Shown here piece by piece: positions 7,371 through 10,859 of a DNA stretch of 10,859 nt. Below the pieces are notes generated by a model, which was not told where the DNA came from, ran no database searches, and saw nothing but the letters and a program-made list of their open reading frames with translations. Numbering within the stretch: the first letter of the stretch is position 1; each line of letters opens with the position of its first letter. Location: the NCBI GenBank assembly GCA_029858305.1, contig JAOUFI010000076.1, forward strand, positions 1 to 10,859. Direction: 5' to 3'. Source of the stretch: Candidatus Thorarchaeota archaeon. GTDB lineage: Archaea; Asgardarchaeota; Thorarchaeia; Thorarchaeales; Thorarchaeaceae. A program made the translations under genes and the position numbers.

Positions 7371-7898
7371 TCAATCTTTTAGTTTCTTGAGACCGATTGG
7401 ATACCGTCTAGCTAGGTCTCTATAGATACCCTTGAATCTTGTTAGTTCTTCTTTATGATGGTCTTGTACATTGCCAATCACATTAGCTGGAATTCCGACG
7501 ACAATCTTGCCATCTGGGACTTCGAATCTTGCTCTTACGACTGCCCCCTCTCCAACAATTGCCCATTTTCCTACGACGGCATAGTCCGAAACGATTGCTC
7601 CCATACCTACAACTGCCTCATCATGAACAGTTGCATTATGAACGATACAACCATGACCAAGGGTTACATTGTCACCAATCATAGTAATCTCATTGGATCG
7701 TGCATGGATGATTACATTATCTTGAACACTTGTTCCGTTCCCAATCCGAATCTCTCCATAGTCTCCCTTAATAATGGCACCAGGAGCGATGTAACATTCA
7801 TTACCGACAGTCACATTCCCAATTACGGAAGCTGAATGGCTGACATAGCTATTATTCCCAATTACAGGAATTCTGTTTTCAAACTCATAAACACCCAT
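7371..7898 (-). CDS. Gamma-carbonic anhydrase family protein (YrdA/CaiE/PaaY-like, left-handed beta-helix)
   Basis: Hexapeptide repeats (VIGNVTVGNECYI, IRIGNGTSVQDNVIIH, IGDNVTLGHGCIVH), three metal-ligand His (IIH, LGH, IVH), VVGMGA and GIPA motifs. SD GAGGT upstream on the minus strand. Confidence 0.93.
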   Translation of the reverse strand: MGVYEFENRIPVIGNNSYVSHSASVIGNVTVGNECYIAPGAIIKGDYGEIRIGNGTSVQDNVIIHARSNEITMIGDNVTLGHGCIVHNATVHDEAVVGMGAIVSDYAVVGKWAIVGEGAVVRARFEVPDGKIVVGIPANVIGNVQDHHKEELTRFKGIYRDLARRYPIGLKKLKD

Positions 7899-7975
7899 TA
7901 GAAAACCTCAATTTTTCTTTTCTTCTTGGAGTTATTAGGATGAAGGTAGCTGAAATAATAGGTGGGTCTAGGTCC

Positions 7976-8023
7976 GAAACGTTAAAGTCTAAAAAAACAC
8001 TCACTAAGGCTAGCCACTTTAAC
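7976..8023. promoter_or_regulatory. Divergent promoter region with a BRE/TATA-like element, an inverted repeat and a palindrome
   Basis: GAAAC-GTTAAAG at 7976-7987. GTTAAAGT (7981-7988) and ACTTTAAC (8016-8023) are exact reverse complements. Palindrome GGCTAGCC at 8008-8015. Confidence 0.45.
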
Positions 8024-8036
8024 AAGCAGAGGGAGT

Positions 8037-8429
8037 ATGACATTGCCAAAAAAGAAAGATGTACCTCAATTTCCCATTCTGCGAGGGGAATCGGTTAGCG
8101 AGAGCGGAGAGTTCTCAGGAACAGCTGCAATCGTGTGCACTCCTGAGGATCTTGATCAAGATTGGAGTACTGATACGATTGTTGTCCTTGAGGATGATTT
8201 GGAACCCTTCTTCAACGAGAATCCAAAAGTCCTCGCGGACCTCTTTAAACAAGTTAGAGTTGTAATTGCTGAATTTGGTGAATCCATTGGTCAATTTGCG
8301 GCTATTGCGACTGAACACTCAGCTTTCGGAATTGTGGCAGTAAAAGATGCAACCAGTGTTCTTGAAAATGGGATGCACATTCGTATCGAAGCTACAGAGA
8401 ACCAAGCTGACATCTTTTTCATCGATTAG
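8037..8429 (+). CDS. Stand-alone PEP-utilising enzyme mobile (swivel/phosphohistidine) domain homolog lacking the catalytic His
   Basis: LRGESVSESGEFSGTAAIV, TIVVL, VIAEFGESIGQFAAIATEH, GIVAVKDATSVLENGMHIRIE follow the PpsA/PPDK/EI swivel-domain pattern, with GG..SHAAI.ARE replaced by GESIGQFAAIATE. SD GAGGGAG. Confidence 0.72.
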   Translation: MTLPKKKDVPQFPILRGESVSESGEFSGTAAIVCTPEDLDQDWSTDTIVVLEDDLEPFFNENPKVLADLFKQVRVVIAEFGESIGQFAAIATEHSAFGIVAVKDATSVLENGMHIRIEATENQADIFFID

Positions 8430-8515
8430 ATAATATATGGTAAATTTGCTTCGCAAAGCTGGAATAATTAAGACTTTATGTTTCTAACGCATAAAGAAAA
8501 AAAGAGGTATCGTGG

Positions 8516-9547
8516 ATGGGTGATCTGGAGGCGGCTCTGAATCTACATTATATTCTGGTCGACTTCCGAAATGCACGATTTCAACACATCTTGTTGATTG
8601 CAAGTAGTCTTTTGATTTTCTCTTCATATGGTGTCTTCCTTTGGATTCTATGCTCCATTTCTCCTAGTGTACTTTCATCTTTGCTTCTACTTGGAACTCA
8701 AATTGGTCTTGGTTTGCCAATGGCTCGGGCTTACTATGATTTTGGTGTGTCCGCCCGTAACGAATTGTATTTTTTCGATCCAGGACTTTCCTTTAATGAT
8801 GAAGAAACCATCGACCTTAGAGTGAATATTGGTGACATCCCCCTTCTATTTGAAAGGATGGAGCTTCAGATTCAAAAATACGACCAGAGTAAATTCGATG
8901 ATTTGACAGATCTCTCTTGGTTTTTAGTTTTAGTATGGGCCATCATGTCCTCAGGTGCCTATTATGTGAAATTTCTCATTCAGCCACTATGTGCCTTCGG
9001 AGTATTGATTCTATTGAGCGCGTGCATTATGTGTTATGCGAGTGGTTACTGGACAAAGCGTGGATTCTCATTTGAAGAAGATTTGGAACATTTGGAGTAT
9101 TACATTGATACACTTGTAAAAACTCTCGATTCTAATCTGCCCAACGTCAATGGACCTTTTATTATTCAGGTCAAGCACCGAAGGCACAATTCAATTTTGA
9201 TAGACTTTGCTGCAGAATTCGTCTTGGGAGATTCGTTAACTCTCAAGTATCATTTTGGCTTATCATCAAAACTCAAAGAACGATTTATCTTGGGTGGAAG
9301 CGATGAAATTATAGAGTCTGTGTTTGAGCAGCTTGGAAAAGAACAATCGATTTTTGACTCGGGATGGGAACTCAAGCGCAATAAAACACAATCTGGGCTT
9401 GTTATCGAAATCGTGAATCCAGCGTCTAAACTAAGCTTAGCAGATAGAACTTCTTTTGTCACCAGCCCTTTCATTGTTGAACAAAAATCACTAGCAATGA
9501 GAGAAATATTCTCAATAATTGTACATACAATTAAAGGTCTTCATTAG
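8516..9547 (+). CDS. Hypothetical membrane protein (two TM hairpins, about 4 TM, plus a soluble C-terminal domain)
   Basis: 343-aa ORF with SD GAGGT. Hydrophobic pairs at about residues 24-72 and 134-179. No family motif recognised. Confidence 0.8.
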   Translation: MGDLEAALNLHYILVDFRNARFQHILLIASSLLIFSSYGVFLWILCSISPSVLSSLLLLGTQIGLGLPMARAYYDFGVSARNELYFFDPGLSFNDEETIDLRVNIGDIPLLFERMELQIQKYDQSKFDDLTDLSWFLVLVWAIMSSGAYYVKFLIQPLCAFGVLILLSACIMCYASGYWTKRGFSFEEDLEHLEYYIDTLVKTLDSNLPNVNGPFIIQVKHRRHNSILIDFAAEFVLGDSLTLKYHFGLSSKLKERFILGGSDEIIESVFEQLGKEQSIFDSGWELKRNKTQSGLVIEIVNPASKLSLADRTSFVTSPFIVEQKSLAMREIFSIIVHTIKGLH

Positions 9548-9641
9548 AAAGACAAAGATGAAAGAGAATATCGTATCGATATTCATAAGAGTATGTGAAA
9601 TCGATTCAACGCAGAATAATTAGAATTGGAGTCCTATTGTG

Positions 9642-10859
9642 ATGAAGGTCAAGCTGAAAGTAGAAAGTCAATGGCTTGAGCTCGAACGCAAGAGTATGGA
9701 AAAAATGAAACAAAACTACATGATGTGGGAACGTGCGACTCTTAAGAGAGCTAAAGATGCATCTGATCTCAGTGACCTTCGACGAATATTTTATGAGCTT
9801 GGAGACCGTTGGGAATTTGATCAAGCCACTGGTGCTTGGCTATCAGGTAGTGAGCCTCTAGACACAATTGGGCTTATTCTCCGAATGCCAGGTTATAAGC
9901 CTAACAAGGAACGGTATGTAGTATATGCGATCATGGCATACTCTAAGGGTCTGACTAAACAATTCGACCATCTCGGTGACAAAGAGAGAATCATTATTGA
10001 ACGTGACATTAAATCAGGGAACATCCAATGTTGGTCCACCACAGGTCACGGTGAAATGGACTTATTTCCGACAGATCTTACGAACTTTGGTTCCCTCCAA
10101 AATGCCTTGATATCCTGCAAACTCATTGCGCAGCCTGGAGATCATGCACTTCGACTTGAGGTACCAACATCCAGTGGAGTTCTTAATATGATTTTGATGC
10201 GTCTCTGGGAGATTGCAAGCGGAACTCAATCATATCACACAAAAGAGATTGATATTCTTACTTCAGATGATATTGAGAAGTCACTAGATTTTAAATTCTT
10301 TAGATATGCCAATTCAATTATTGAATTGGACAAGATATGGCGACATCTTTCAGGCGGCACAGTTGAATGGGCAAAAGAACGCGTTTTAGATAAGATACCT
10401 GATCACGTAGAACTACGGGATAAACAAACATTAAGACGAATTGAAGGGCTTCTTCACAATCTTTGGTTCAAACCTGCGTTCAGCCAAATAAGACCGGTTG
10501 AGATGGTCTATGATGAACTTCAATCAGAACCTACACCTACTGAAACCCAACGAACACTAATACCTTACTTGGGCGAGCTCGCTTATTCATTAACTGATAT
10601 CACTGAGAAAGCAAAATATCTGAAATGGAAAAGCGTCATAGACAAGCAGAGTTTTAGCAAGAATGAAGCATTCAAAGGAAGCAATCTGACTCCTTTGGTC
10701 CAAGAAGCCTTTGCTGCAGCTCTCGATGATATTCTTCGCGAACATACCCTTGCCTATATTGGATATCCTGAAAAGGCAACAATGAAGAACAAGTTTCTGA
10801 GGGTCATCTTTAGTTCAATAATTTTGCCTCTCCGGCTTCTCTCATCATTTAAAGTAGCT
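9642..10859 (+). CDS. Hypothetical protein, 3'-truncated (at least 406 aa), with an N-terminal Vps62/NPP1-like motif set
   Basis: Absent from the ORF track because it has no stop in the window. Translated by hand from ATG 9642 (in-frame GTG 9639; SD GGAGT 9628-9632): MKVKLKVESQWLELERKSMEKMKQNYMMWER...YVVYAIMAYSKGLTKQFDHLGDKERIIIERD...WSTTGHGEMD...AQPGDHALRL...LRLLSSFKVA, 406 uninterrupted codons to the last base. Confidence 0.88.
   Translation, partial: MKVKLKVESQWLELERKSMEKMKQNYMMWERATLKRAKDASDLSDLRRIFYELGDRWEFDQATGAWLSGSEPLDTIGLILRMPGYKPNKERYVVYAIMAYSKGLTKQFDHLGDKERIIIERDIKSGNIQCWSTTGHGEMDLFPTDLTNFGSLQNALISCKLIAQPGDHALRLEVPTSSGVLNMILMRLWEIASGTQSYHTKEIDILTSDDIEKSLDFKFFRYANSIIELDKIWRHLSGGTVEWAKERVLDKIPDHVELRDKQTLRRIEGLLHNLWFKPAFSQIRPVEMVYDELQSEPTPTETQRTLIPYLGELAYSLTDITEKAKYLKWKSVIDKQSFSKNEAFKGSNLTPLVQEAFAAALDDILREHTLAYIGYPEKATMKNKFLRVIFSSIILPLRLLSSFKVA

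Noticed and set aside
8462-9622. Shared 9-mer GAATAATTA upstream of two consecutive genes (8462-8470, 9614-9622)
   Set aside because: It is AT-rich and sits at different distances from the start codons, so it is compatible with chance.
9558-9641. In-frame 21-codon upstream ORF separated from the last gene by one TAG (9621-9623), suggesting pyrrolysine or amber readthrough
   Set aside because: A good SD (GGAGT) precedes GTG 9639/ATG 9642, the extension overlaps promoter-like elements, and no pyl genes are in the window. Only homologs with an aligned N-terminal extension would revive it.
65-9824. Short alternative-frame and antisense ORFs in the track (65-295, 1492-1713, 2364-2603, 2869-3090, 3050-3238, 3490-3711, 4570-5067, 5801-5986, 6060-6263, 6297-6560, 6557-7111, 7118-7306, 7455-7835, 8059-8265, 8115-8318, 8628-8825, 9250-9474, 9606-9824)
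   Set aside because: Each lies wholly or mostly within a better-supported gene, shows no family motif, and has the composition expected of a shadow frame.
1-10859. CRISPR arrays, tRNA/rRNA genes, transposases, integrases or terminal repeats
   Set aside because: I saw no regularly spaced repeats, cloverleaf or mobile-element motifs, and all intergenic gaps are under about 170 nt.

Overview
A gene-dense, moderately AT-rich archaeal chromosomal window. The archaeal call rests on BRE/TATA-like promoters, GGAG/GAGGT/AGGTGA Shine-Dalgarno motifs, a COG1340-type archaeal coiled-coil protein and stand-alone Lrp/AsnC ligand-binding domains. The gene style suggests an Asgard (Thorarchaeia-like) archaeon, but that is inference. 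Gene order: 5'-truncated glmS; a small minus-strand hypothetical; a RimK/MptN-like ATP-grasp ligase; a GC-rich structured leader; the coiled-coil protein; a 10-TM EamA/DMT transporter fused to an Lrp/AsnC (RAM) ligand-binding domain; a stand-alone RAM-domain protein; an ABC-2 exporter (ATPase + permease) with a hairpin terminator; a gamma-carbonic-anhydrase-family gene (minus strand); a stand-alone PEP-utiliser swivel domain lacking its phospho-His; a 4-TM hypothetical; and a long 3'-truncated ORF (9642 to end) missing from the ORF track that carries Vps62/NPP1-like His/Asp/Glu motifs. I saw no tRNA, rRNA, CRISPR array or mobile element. The best leads for undescribed biology are the DMT-RAM fusion with its soluble RAM partner, the Vps62/NPP1-like ORF, the structured leader and the His-less swivel domain. 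All family calls come from motif recognition by eye; no searches were run.
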